A stretch of DNA of 64,000 bases from a virus, in the IMG/VR virus record IMGVR_UViG_3300025133_009964, positions 4,146 to 68,145 of that record; one strand, written 5' to 3'. Each line of letters opens with the position of its first letter. The stretch's first letter is position 1. Positions 39,301 through 49,800 of this stretch are shown piece after piece. The position numbers were made by a program, and so were the translations under genes. The notes below the pieces were generated by a model. That model worked only from the letters and a program-made list of their open reading frames with translations, searched no databases and was not told the origin of the DNA.

Positions 39301-39567
39301 ATAAGCAATGTCGGGAAAACACAAGCAACTCCAGTTGGAGGCTGGTCAACAAGGGCCAAATATAGATATAAAATGTCCGGCGCGCCGCCCCATGAAGAAA
39401 ACGGAAATAAAGGAGGATCTGGCTGGGGTAGGACAAGCGGATACCGCGCAAAAGAAGATCCACTTGATTCACCGGGCGGCCCAAATGGGGGAGGCCCAGC
39501 GCTGATGGGCTATTGGAATCCTGGGGGCCCACCCGACAACCCCATTTTTCCCAAGAAAAAACGCTAA
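36379..39567 (+). CDS. Baseplate hub/spike-associated protein: gp5-like OB region, SGNH esterase and lysozyme/lytic-transglycosylase-like domain
   Basis: KARIPELH...KPGDVVVVDY; FGDSQ...DGIH; CKIESNG...GLFAI...YMCHNQG. Confidence 0.65.
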   Translation: MPKFDYPAGSLNDIQIESIRRSFDPNQTSLWGSIGQAINELFTPDITKNTGPYKAVILRVEDINAEDPPAEGFLNFLKDMVGLGADGDATTTGALKKMVAIKARIPELHGHLPIPTEVGDPQGQSYPDHYKIDAYPTFTAQSDRQEFSKVKPGDVVVVDYVDKKNFLEPIFVTPIAVQQFMPVPGAHGPGSGLFNPNCPPFAGTKLAGNGLADAALTNLHTGLSAANTRARNSGAKAVLFGDSQCAGNLGAALEEYITKSLGYIMIKPASWAKKNNKRMGQSGASMSSWLLDGRGSLAEIGAGKFGYLEDALSKEVDLVVAVGSANGGYDNDTPAKLVKRIRNRAPNASIVWIGPPPAVMVTRKTGAGWSLEHLAANHWLVKKRRNGMLYADWRQAVNSKIRASVSSLPGVTFVNPKDLVPRYISSPGKSCDGIHMSLEGSIEFINNLKKTASPAPGGKNMEELNAQIKVAEDKVAAALSKAKEGLSNLLSPISKQVQDMAKIAYESFITTYENSEIATEFLKERAALLYDTGYVPYALPGEPQPESTGTDKEQGINAIFVSFLVRDWVSGFLLEDGHISAMTVDESLWMPGRAEEMQVWGNFSSIPHTTLDPERDPYGPETLNLIPQLYGVALGPGPPADASFVDDNPFPPGQEGVDILKQVSYEMAAAVYMQKYGTAQPTPDTTSPSSAPTTPKPYCPPAGTGAYAGLGGVGGGPIELPADGVVYFIPSIEDAINKAATAVSPLIGMDYLELKTYLRMSCKIESNGTFNSTNWGGYSGLFAIGAYVWAEYSQKTTGKLYQQATNEVMGPYIRDYNYAYDPYKQAMVVACATLGKINALKRAGIPPTLQHLYMCHNQGLAGFKNIYKRAKAGTGWGQTSWTPKIKDVNSSNPKATITLSLSLTSPGGSIPPKPGWSDWNNAWSNAAGNKRLGGTRLRELFHGNYYANPQAQRPWEIVTPKVFYDIWARITRNQISNVGKTQATPVGGWSTRAKYRYKMSGAPPHEENGNKGGSGWGRTSGYRAKEDPLDSPGGPNGGGPALMGYWNPGGPPDNPIFPKKKR

Positions 39568-39677
39568 GGAAAGGATTTAAGTTTCCATAAGCTATCGCAA
39601 TATTAGCCCGGAATCAAATGTTTGGATGGAAATCTTTTTAATTTTAATAAATATTTATTGTAAAATAGGAAAATATT

Positions 39678-40862
39678 ATGCACGAAGGTAAAATACACGA
39701 CAAGCATGCTAAAAAATTTGGAATGACACAATCCGAACTTGATGCGGCCCGTTTGGATCAAGATCCAGGAACTCCAGGCATTCAACATGAACCAGCTGAT
39801 ATTCAGGCTAGCCCAGAATTTGATAAAGTCAAGGCACAGATAGAGGCTCAACAGAATGCCTCACGCGCAAAAGAATCGGCCTGGGCCAAGAAAAAATTAA
39901 AAAACTATGATGTAGAAAATTTAGATGAAAGTCTAAGTGCCTCCTTAAAAAGACTAACAGAAGAAGAAAGAATTCTTTCTACGTCTGGTTTGGGCGGAAG
40001 TCCTTTAATCGAATCCAATCCAGAATTTCGTAAATTAAAGGGGGAAAATATAATAAAAACCCCCAATAATGCATATATTGTTTTAGGCCGCGACCGCCCC
40101 GGACAAACAATATATGATTTAGAAAGAGATGATCCAGAAGAGGATAAAAGTGGTTATGGCGGCCGCGGCCACACAAGTAGTGCTGCTATTGATCTTGTTG
40201 TCGGCCGAAAAGGACCCCCAGAATATTCTGGAGATCCTCCTGGTCAAAATAAGGTTAATCCTAATTTTATATCAGACTCTGCTAGAATCTATATAAGTCA
40301 AAAAACAGATATTGATGAGAATTTTGACTTATTACCTGGACCAGGAAGTCCTGCAACTGAAGCTAAATCTGGCATTGGTCTCAAGGCAGATACTATTAGA
40401 ATCATAGGTCGCGAAAGCATTCGTTTGGTTACGATGGGCCCGGGAACAAGAACTTCTTTTGATAGCGAAATAGTTAGCACAGGCGGTATTGATTTGATGG
40501 CGGGAAATGATGATGAAGATATGCAGCCACTAGTAAAGGGAGATAATTTATCTGAGGCTTTGGAAGCTATGGTTGATTTAATTAGCGATACTGCAGGCAT
40601 AATAAGTGGTTTTTTGCAGCATCAAATGGAACTAGATAATGCACTAACAACGCACTTTCATAATTCACCGTTCTTTGGGTTACCGACAACCCCATCTCAG
40701 ACTATTTTACCAGTTGGTAATAAAACTATGATGAATCTTTTTAGCAAAACTAAGTTAGACTTGGTTATGTTTAAGTTGTCTTTGGTCGAATATAAATTTA
40801 AATATTTAAGCCCAAATAATGAAAAAGATTATATTAATAGTAAATTTAACAGTACGAATTAA
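39678..40862 (+). CDS. Baseplate spike (gp5 C-terminal-like) protein
   Basis: IVLGRDR; DSARIYISQKTD; beta-helix-like IGLKADTIRIIGRESIRLVT; PLVKG; THFH tip-like motif. Confidence 0.55.
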   Translation: MHEGKIHDKHAKKFGMTQSELDAARLDQDPGTPGIQHEPADIQASPEFDKVKAQIEAQQNASRAKESAWAKKKLKNYDVENLDESLSASLKRLTEEERILSTSGLGGSPLIESNPEFRKLKGENIIKTPNNAYIVLGRDRPGQTIYDLERDDPEEDKSGYGGRGHTSSAAIDLVVGRKGPPEYSGDPPGQNKVNPNFISDSARIYISQKTDIDENFDLLPGPGSPATEAKSGIGLKADTIRIIGRESIRLVTMGPGTRTSFDSEIVSTGGIDLMAGNDDEDMQPLVKGDNLSEALEAMVDLISDTAGIISGFLQHQMELDNALTTHFHNSPFFGLPTTPSQTILPVGNKTMMNLFSKTKLDLVMFKLSLVEYKFKYLSPNNEKDYINSKFNSTN

Positions 40863-40884
40863 TTATATATAATAGAGAGAATAA

Positions 40885-43800
40885 ATGCCAATTAAAGACT
40901 ATAATGCAATAGATAATTTTTATGTCACAGTAACTGCCGATTCGGGTATAAAGTACTCCGGCCTTGAAGCCAACGACGCCGGCGCACAAGCGACCATTGA
41001 TGCCACAAGAAGATCTGTATGGCTGCATACTCTCAATGAAGAGTTTCAGGATTTTTTGCAGGATGGAGAATCACTTAATCCGTGGCTATTTCTCTCCGAC
41101 TCTCAGGGTAACCCTCACTGGAAAATGAATGGAGCACTTGAAACTCTCTTGCAAACTTCAGCGGCTGAATATCCGGATATCTTTACGTTTGAAGACATCG
41201 GTATCGGTGACGAAGGCGCGCAGGTGATCTGGGATGAGGACACCGGTAAATTTAGTGCAATTATAACTTATGTCGTACAAACAGAGGCATTTCGTGGAAA
41301 GTTGGCAGAATGGTCAGCTGAATTAAATAATGCGGCGAACTGGCCCGAAGATCCACCACCAGGTTGGATTGAGCAATTTTGTCCGGACCCGACAATAGAT
41401 TGTACTTGGCCACCCCCAACGGGCTGGAATATAATAATTCCTGCCGACGACGGTATTCCTGCTTCTCAAGCGGCGATGACTACGGAGGCGCCCCAGTCTG
41501 CTGAAATTTATGATGGGATTCCTTTACCGGACGATGATCCCGCCATGACTCCAACTGCAATGGCGATTCGCGGCGCGCTAGCTAACGTTACAACGGTTGT
41601 AGAGAAGGACGATAAAAAAATTGCTTTTGTAGCCAAAACTGATGTTTTAGCACAGTTGGCGGATCACGTTGTAAAAGCTATTACCGGTACTGGCTCCGGC
41701 CAAATCCCAGTGGGTACCATGGCCAAACTGAGATCAAAGCCAAAATATTCTGGTGCAGAATCAAAACCCTGGACTAATTTGCCTAATGGAACTTTGGTTA
41801 AAGTACTTAATCATGTACCTAAATCTAGATTTTATAAAATAAAAGTTCATGCCGGCCCTAATGATGGAAAAATTGGATTTATTAGATCTGCATTTATTAA
41901 ACCTTTGTGGGAAGGTACGATGCTGCCGGCTATAGTAATCAATTCCAGCGGCGAATTAAGATCGGGAATTGATGTAAGTGTGCCAAGTGATTGGAAAAAA
42001 AGAGAACCATTTCTTCCAGTCCCTATTGTAAATAGTGCCGAGCCCGGTGACAGTCGTTATGAAATTGTTATAAAAAAAGATTGGTCTAAACCCACAGGCG
42101 CTGATTCACAAAAAAATGCAGTACTTAATACTGCTTTGGAAGAAGCAGTTGTAGAGGGTATTTTAAGGACTCTTAGATATTATAATAAAGATTTTAAAGG
42201 GCCGTCCGAGACCGAATTGGATATGGCGCGCCATCTTGCATCCCGCGGCATGGCAGATTTGCCACTGTCACCCGATTGGGTACCACCCGATGCATCCACC
42301 CCAGATAATTTTTCGATGGCGCTTGCAGAACAGGGATCCGTACTCCCAGCTGGTATTGTCCTGCGGCCAAATTGGCAGTTAGATACCAGAACAAAACAAT
42401 CAAATCTTCTTGTTTTGGTTAGTATGCCCATAGCTTATGTTGATAGATATCCTAAAAAATTAGAAACGTTTGAATTTGACAAGGTTTTAGAAGGCGTCGA
42501 AATTAGTGATTTTGTTCCTTTATATACTAGTACTTTTTCATTTGGCCAATTGAAAGAAAATATTGTTTCTTTGAAAAAAATACTTGTTCACTATGATAAG
42601 GCTATAAAATCAGATTCGCAGAAGCGTGTAGTAACTTTTCCACGCGGACCTCTGCGCGCCCCGCTAGATTTAAAAAAGGAAAGTCAAAATCTTGAAAGCT
42701 GGAAAACATCTTTTATAAACTTTTTATCCATCAATGATTATGATTATAGAGGAGAAGCCTGCGCAACTCCGGAACAGACATCCCGGCCTAATGATCCCAA
42801 GGATGACGATATTCTAGAAATAGGGTGGAATGAAGGTTTTCAAATTTTATATATTCTTTTTAATGGGCAGCCCTTACACATAGGAATAGAATATTTTGCT
42901 GAAAAAAGCTATCTAAACCTAAGAAGAATAAATAGTTTTATTCATTATTCGCTCGACGCTCCAGTGAGAGATCCGTCAGGAAAAATTATAAGACATGACC
43001 CGGGCCTAATAACAGAATTTGCCGCCGAATCGAGTCAAAAAACGTGGACACAGTGGGTTATGGCTCGTGTTTATAAAAATCCAGTGATTATGCCTTCTGA
43101 TGCAAAAGCAGACCAAAACAGGGAGAATGACAAGCCTCCCCAACCAGCTGCGTCTAAAGAAAAAAAACCAGATCTTCTTGCGGAAAAGAAAAAAGCTTCT
43201 ACTGAGGCAAAAACATCAACATTTTTTTCGACTGATGGTTTTATAGAAAATGTTGAGTGGTCTGCAAGACAAATAAAAGACATAGAAGATGCATATAATT
43301 ATATAATGAATAAAATCGGCATCCAGGCGCTGGTTGACGCTGCGATGAATTGTATAATGAAGTCTATTCCCGACTGGGAAGCTTTTTTCTGGGAAATAGG
43401 TCTTGGCGAAGCGTTTAAAGCCTATGAAGACGTCTCCGAAGTCCTTGTGCCCATTCTTGAAGAAATGGATGATGCTCTTGATTGTATATATCCTATTTTG
43501 AGGAAAAATTTTGTATTGGTATATTCCACCCCCGATACTTATTTGCCCGAGACCACGTTCGATCTTGGTGACGCTGGCGAACTGCAAGGCGCTCTGGCTG
43601 CAGTCGCCCCACCGGCCGCGGCACCCGAGGAGGAAGCCGCCGATGAAGCCGGCACACCAGATACTAATAAACAGATTATTGCTATGCGAAAGTCTAAAAT
43701 TAAAGTATATTTTCCGAAGGAAGAGGATGCGAAAGCATGGGGAATAGATTATAAATTTAAAAATGATAAAGAAAAAGTTAAGATATGGCAACAGATTTTA

Positions 43801-46800
43801 ATCGATGCACCGGGGAACGCTTATACTTTGGCCGGCGGCATCGGCTCTGGTGAGGTTGATGGTCTTTTCTACAATAAAACAGAAAAAGCAACAGCGAAGT
43901 ACTTGAATGATATATTGTATGCAGATATAGACGAGCCGCCCGAGCACCCGGCAAACGGCCAAGCTGTAACACAATATGATTTTGATCAAGCGCAAGGCGG
44001 CACAGATCCCCTTGAATCGGATACAGCACCTCCAGACCCCAAAGATCCTTGGGCTATTCTTCTTAAAAAAGGCAGCAAAGACAAAAAAGCCGGCCTTAAA
44101 GATGAAGTAAGAACTTGGCAAAAATTCTTAACATCAACTGGTTTTGCGCTTTTGCATGCACAATCAGAAAGTTATGTAATACCTATAAAAAATACCGGCA
44201 TTAAGGATGAAGATGGGACGTTATATTTTTATAAAGATTTCACTCCATCTGGTGATATGACTTCGGGAGGCACCCATTCTGGTCAAAAAACAAAATTTCC
44301 TATCGATGGTATATTTGGCTGGAGAACAGAAGGTGCTACTAAATTCTGGCTTGATTTTATGTATGAGGCACTAGTGACGCCCGGCATCGATCCTGACGGC
44401 GGCGACGAGTTGTCCCTTTGGCCTCCAAATGTCGGCTCTGAAAATGTGGTAACAAACGGTCAGTATAAGCTGGCTAAACGATTTGTTCAAGAAACAGAAA
44501 GTCAAATCGGCGCATTTGATGTTAATGAATTGGCAAATCCAGATATTGCCAACCGCATAAGATTTTTGGGCCCCCGCCCGCCCGCGGGATTTTATTGTAA
44601 GTTAGGAAAGCCCGGGAAATGCGATAAACTATATTCAGATCTTTTGAGAGAAGGCCGCCGTCTGGCAATAATAGAGATGTCTGACCAGGGGGGAGATATA
44701 GGCCCAATTATACAAAAACAAAATGAATTAAAAATTAAATATTCAGATTGTATGAAGGCGGTTGCAGATGAGCCAGTCACGGGCGAAGGTGGAACTCACT
44801 ATTCAGGAAAAGATCCTAGTTCAGAAGAGGCTATTGAGGAGCGCGCAAGAGAAAGAGTTTCAGCGAAAGGATTGTGTGGTGATGAACAGAAGAATTTGCT
44901 CGCTGCAATGCAAGAAGGTAAATTGGTTCGCAAAGAGCTTACCATATGGGCAATACTCGACAAAGCAAGCAATGGTGCAAATAGCCATGGAATACGATTG
45001 GCTGAACTAATCGATAAAGCTGCAGAAACGAATGATGATTCTATCGTTCCGGTAGAATATAGAAATTTGATAAACTTGCATAAAACTGGTCCAAATTCAG
45101 TAAAACTTCCTCTAGCTCCCGGGCTCACCCCCGCAGCTATAGGAGGAGATGCAGATCAGTGGAAATATCCAGGTAATTTATTTGCTACGAAAACCGAAAG
45201 AGAGGCGCTATCGGCATATACTAGTTGTCTGGATCTGCAAATAACAAACGAAAGAGGTAATATTACAATTTCAGCCGGCGCAGCCGGGGCAGTTGAAGAG
45301 GGAACGACGGAAATATATCCATTTCCAAAGTCCCTGGAGGAAGCTTGGCAACTCTTTAAGCAAACAAAAACCTGGCCGTCAACTGTGAGCGTAAAAGATG
45401 ATGTTACCGCTGCATCATTTTACAAACATATGGTTGCTCTGCCAGCTTGTCAAGAATTGATGGCAAAAATTTTAGAAGAAGTTGTGATGAAGCATATACC
45501 GGTCGGCGCTCGTGCAATAATGGATGGAATGATGACACGAATATTTGGCGCCGATACGAAGGCCTTCATGACAACCCCCAGACTCCCCCAGGTCGTCGAT
45601 GAAATATCACAGGCGGTTCAAGCGCCTTGGGATCCCGAAAGAGCAACCTACAAAAATCTTGAAAAAACATTCTTTAAAGTTTTGGACGATGTGGTTAAAG
45701 AACTCATTAAATCGTTAGTACAATTGATAAACGATGCTTGTGCAGACAATGAATCAGATGGAGACGGTCGAAATTATGGCGCTATATCTGCATCTGAAAT
45801 ATTTGCCGGGACAACTCAAGATGATATAAATGGTAGATTCCCAGATCTTGGAGCAATTCAACAACAATTGAACAGCTTGCAAGATGCTGTAAATAATTGG
45901 AATTTGCCATTAGATGTCACCCCGGGTGGCTCAACAACATCTGAATTTTCAATAGATTTTTGGAAACTAGCAGATGATATATCTAGTATTTTGACACCTA
46001 TGCATGCCTGTTCAGTCTTTAATGGAGAGGCTAGCTTATCTATGAAGGTGATTGTTAAGGATTACTTAGAAAAAAAATATCCAGAATTAATGTTTTATTT
46101 TGTTGTTGACGAGGATTTATTTGAATTTTTGACATTAATTGGCCAGTATGCAGATCCAACCTTGTGTATGGAAATCAATGATGGTAAACATTCAAAACCA
46201 CTTCTGGATCCAACCCAAAAGGTGTGCATATCAGATGTAATCACCCTTCAGTGTGTGGAAAAAGCCATTGAGGCTGGCTTGACAGAACAAGAAGCAGAAG
46301 ATATGTGCAAAAGAAAAGCTAATGAATCTAAAGATTTAGCAACAAAAGTTATGAATCCACCGACGACCGTGATACCTGATTTGTGTTTACAAATGGCAAA
46401 AGCAAAAACAGACCTTCCAGCCGTAAATCATATGCTTGATCAAGTGTTGGATGGTTTATTCACTTCAGTATCAATGATTTTCAATGGAGATACGGGCTAT
46501 TTTATTCCTGCTTTGTTAGATGCAAATAAGGTTACAGATATAAATTCTCTTGAATCTATGACGAAAGTTGCATCCACAGAGGAGGATGTTCTTGACCGCA
46601 TTCTCGCCGCGAGCGAAAATGAAGACGTCCCCGCCTTAAAGCAGGCTTTTGGTACTTGGGATGATATCTTAAGTATGCTGGGAGGTCTTTTTTCTCATAT
46701 GGGTCAATCTAGTAGCGAATTGGCCGAGATGATGAATCCGGGAAGCCAGAACGACGACGACCACGCGGTGAATTTGGAAACATTTAAGGACAGAATGTCC

Positions 46801-49800
46801 GGTAAAATGGAGGAAATTTCACTCGGCAAGGCTAGCGGTAAGCAATATATAGCGCATGCCGTGAAGGAGCACCTACGCGACCCGGCACGAGTTTTTACTA
46901 ATTTAGATCAATCTTCTGCTAATTTTGGAAAAGTTAGTTTTATGAAGGCGCTGAAAGATCCGAACCTCACAGGCCCGGGCGAGACAGCAACCACTGCGAT
47001 TAATTTGATATATACTCAGCCTGATATTGATATGTTGGCAGATTCTTACAAAGTGAACATTTTTGAATCTGGAGAAACGATTATTTTAGAAAATTCAAAA
47101 TTTGTTGAGGAAGAAGTTGAAATATATGCGACAAAAGAGCTTTTAGAAAATGAAGAAGCTCTAGAGGGTGCCGAGTCACCACAAGAAATACTTTTTCAGT
47201 TATATATGGCTAAAAAATTAGATTTAGCAGAAGAAGGGTTTCAATCCCCAGGCATTAAACAACTATATCATCAGATTAAATCAGATTTAATACAAAAGTT
47301 TAGAAGACAAATATCTGCTTCGATTTTATTTGAAATAGATCAGATAAGTAAACTTAAAATAACACCAGGTGTTCAAGAGACGAAAGATGAATGTGGTATA
47401 CCTTTGAATGTCTTCGGCGATGTAGAGGCGTCCAACTTGCTAAACACAAGAGGCTTCATGAGCGAGGCGAAAGAAGAATATAAAAAGCTAACACGAGAAC
47501 AATGTACAGATGATGATAACCCGTCTGAAAATCCCCTACAAGATGCACTAAAAGAAGCGATACTCAGAATGTTGGTAAGAGTTTATGCTATTGAACATGT
47601 ATTAAATTCAATATTTGTATTATCTTCTTTTCACGCGAAAGATTGTTTTAGTGATGATTCGTTACTTGAATATGTAATAACGGCTTTCAAAAGAGAAATG
47701 TTAGATAGAAAGTTATATAAAATAACAAAAGACATAGCAAAGGGTTATGTTGCGAAGAGAATGAAGCGAGGAGATAAAGTTTATTCAGGCCTGTCGTCGG
47801 ATAAAATTACGTCAGAGCCAACGGGAATTCACTCTGGCTTTGAGTGCTTGAAATATATAATGAAGGAACAGATAGACAATGTTTCGAAAGAATTTGATAA
47901 AATTATAAAGTCGACCATTGATATGAGTCTTTTTCCAGATCAAGATAAAGATGGGTTTTTCAGCGCTACTTCTTTACCTGGCATAATGGATGTATTTCCA
48001 TATGATCAATATTACAATATGATGCAATCTGCAAGGTCCGATCTAAGCCACCATGGTACTTTTTGGAATTGGGAGAATTACGATGAGGCCTGGGCGTCGC
48101 ACTTCAGTATCAATGATGAATTCAATTTCTGGTACGGAAGTGGCGGCTCCCAAGCAGATGGCCAGATGTTTTGGGTCGCTTCGCATGCCCGTGAGTATGC
48201 TACCGAAGTCAATCCGGATACCGGTGTCGCAACAGGTTGGAAAACGTTTCCAACACCAATAGTAGCACTTAACACTCGTATCCCATCATATATTGCTGAA
48301 AAATTGACTAACGAGACCTTCCTCCCCGCGGCCATTGGAAATGTATTGGACGAGTTCGGCGGCGGCACCGGCGGGGCCGGGTACTGGCAGACCGGCCGGA
48401 ATAGCAGAAATTTTAGATTTATGCAAGAGTTTCCAGATTATAAAATCAAGCACCCGGCGCGCCAAGCACGTTATTCGCGATCGCTGAAAAATTTGGGATT
48501 TAGTGATGTTGCTGAGGCCTCAAATTTTTATGGAATCGTTCCAGATTCTGTCGAAGCCATCGAAGCCGAGACCGAGTTGGTTTTTAACAAAGCAGTAAGG
48601 CTAGGAGATACTATTAATAGACACGGATCTTTTAGGTTAGAGAGGTTCCTTGCTGTTGATGATATACTTGGATCGTGGGCAGCTGCAGCGACCTCCTTTG
48701 CCGATACTATCCCCACAGCCGTGCGAGATCCCTATTATGGGAGCGTCATCAGCCAAGACAGTCATCCCGTCGCGTTGACCGACTTACAGGGGAATAATGG
48801 GTTTATCAAAAGGCCCGGCACTAACGATTTCAAACTTCCTGGTATAATACATGATATGGTTAGCCACTTTAAGGATACTCATGACATCGGCCCGGGCGAC
48901 GAGGCCGCTGTTATAGCACCCCTGATGGCCGGCTGCGCAACGCTTTGGAATCCTACTCACCATGAGGCATTCAGGGGTCTAGATGGTTATGTTAATATCG
49001 AGTCTTATCTGAGTTTTATTAGGGGATTAATAGGGGTATATATGGCTGCCCATGGCTTAGTCGTGGGTGATGTAAGTTATGACACCGACTTCATCACAGA
49101 AGTTCAAAACAATTGGCAGCACTGGGCCGATCAGTCATCAAACACATCCGCTGCTTGGAAAGTAGATCCCGACCCTAGGTCTTGGGGCGGATTTGTTCTT
49201 GATGCCGCGCCAAGTGCATATTTCGGCACTCAGCAGGGAACGGTAGTTATAAATGGAGAAGAAGTTCAGGTACCAAATTCTTCTATGATTGCAGACTGCT
49301 TTAATATAACTTGGGGTGAATATAAAAAATTCTGGCAATCTTATTGCAAGGGGGATTGGGAAGAGATCGGTCAGGGTGAAAATTTATACCCCCCCGGCGC
49401 CTCGGCTGGCTTCGAGGCCTCGTTGAAAGTGGGCATCTCCACTAAACAATATCCCGGGATTGAACCGGTAGACGCCCCAGGCGGTTCGCACGTCGATCAT
49501 AGCTTCCAGCAGTGGATAGATCTCGCAGCCGGCTTCGGCCACTCTTCCGCTGCAGAGTGGATGGACAGCGGCGACACGACCGGGGGTTGGTCGGCGGCCG
49601 GCGCCATTTGGACTGGCAAGGTTCACCACGATGCAGCCCGCGCGTGGGCGTATTTAGCGCAGGTGAAAAATAAGTTTATTTTTCATGACCCCGGACAGGG
49701 CCCCCTCACCGCCGCGCACTATTCGGGATATATATATACCGAAGGCAGCACCTGGGGCGGTGAAGATAGCGGCTTCTCCATCTCGATCGACGGGAACGTG

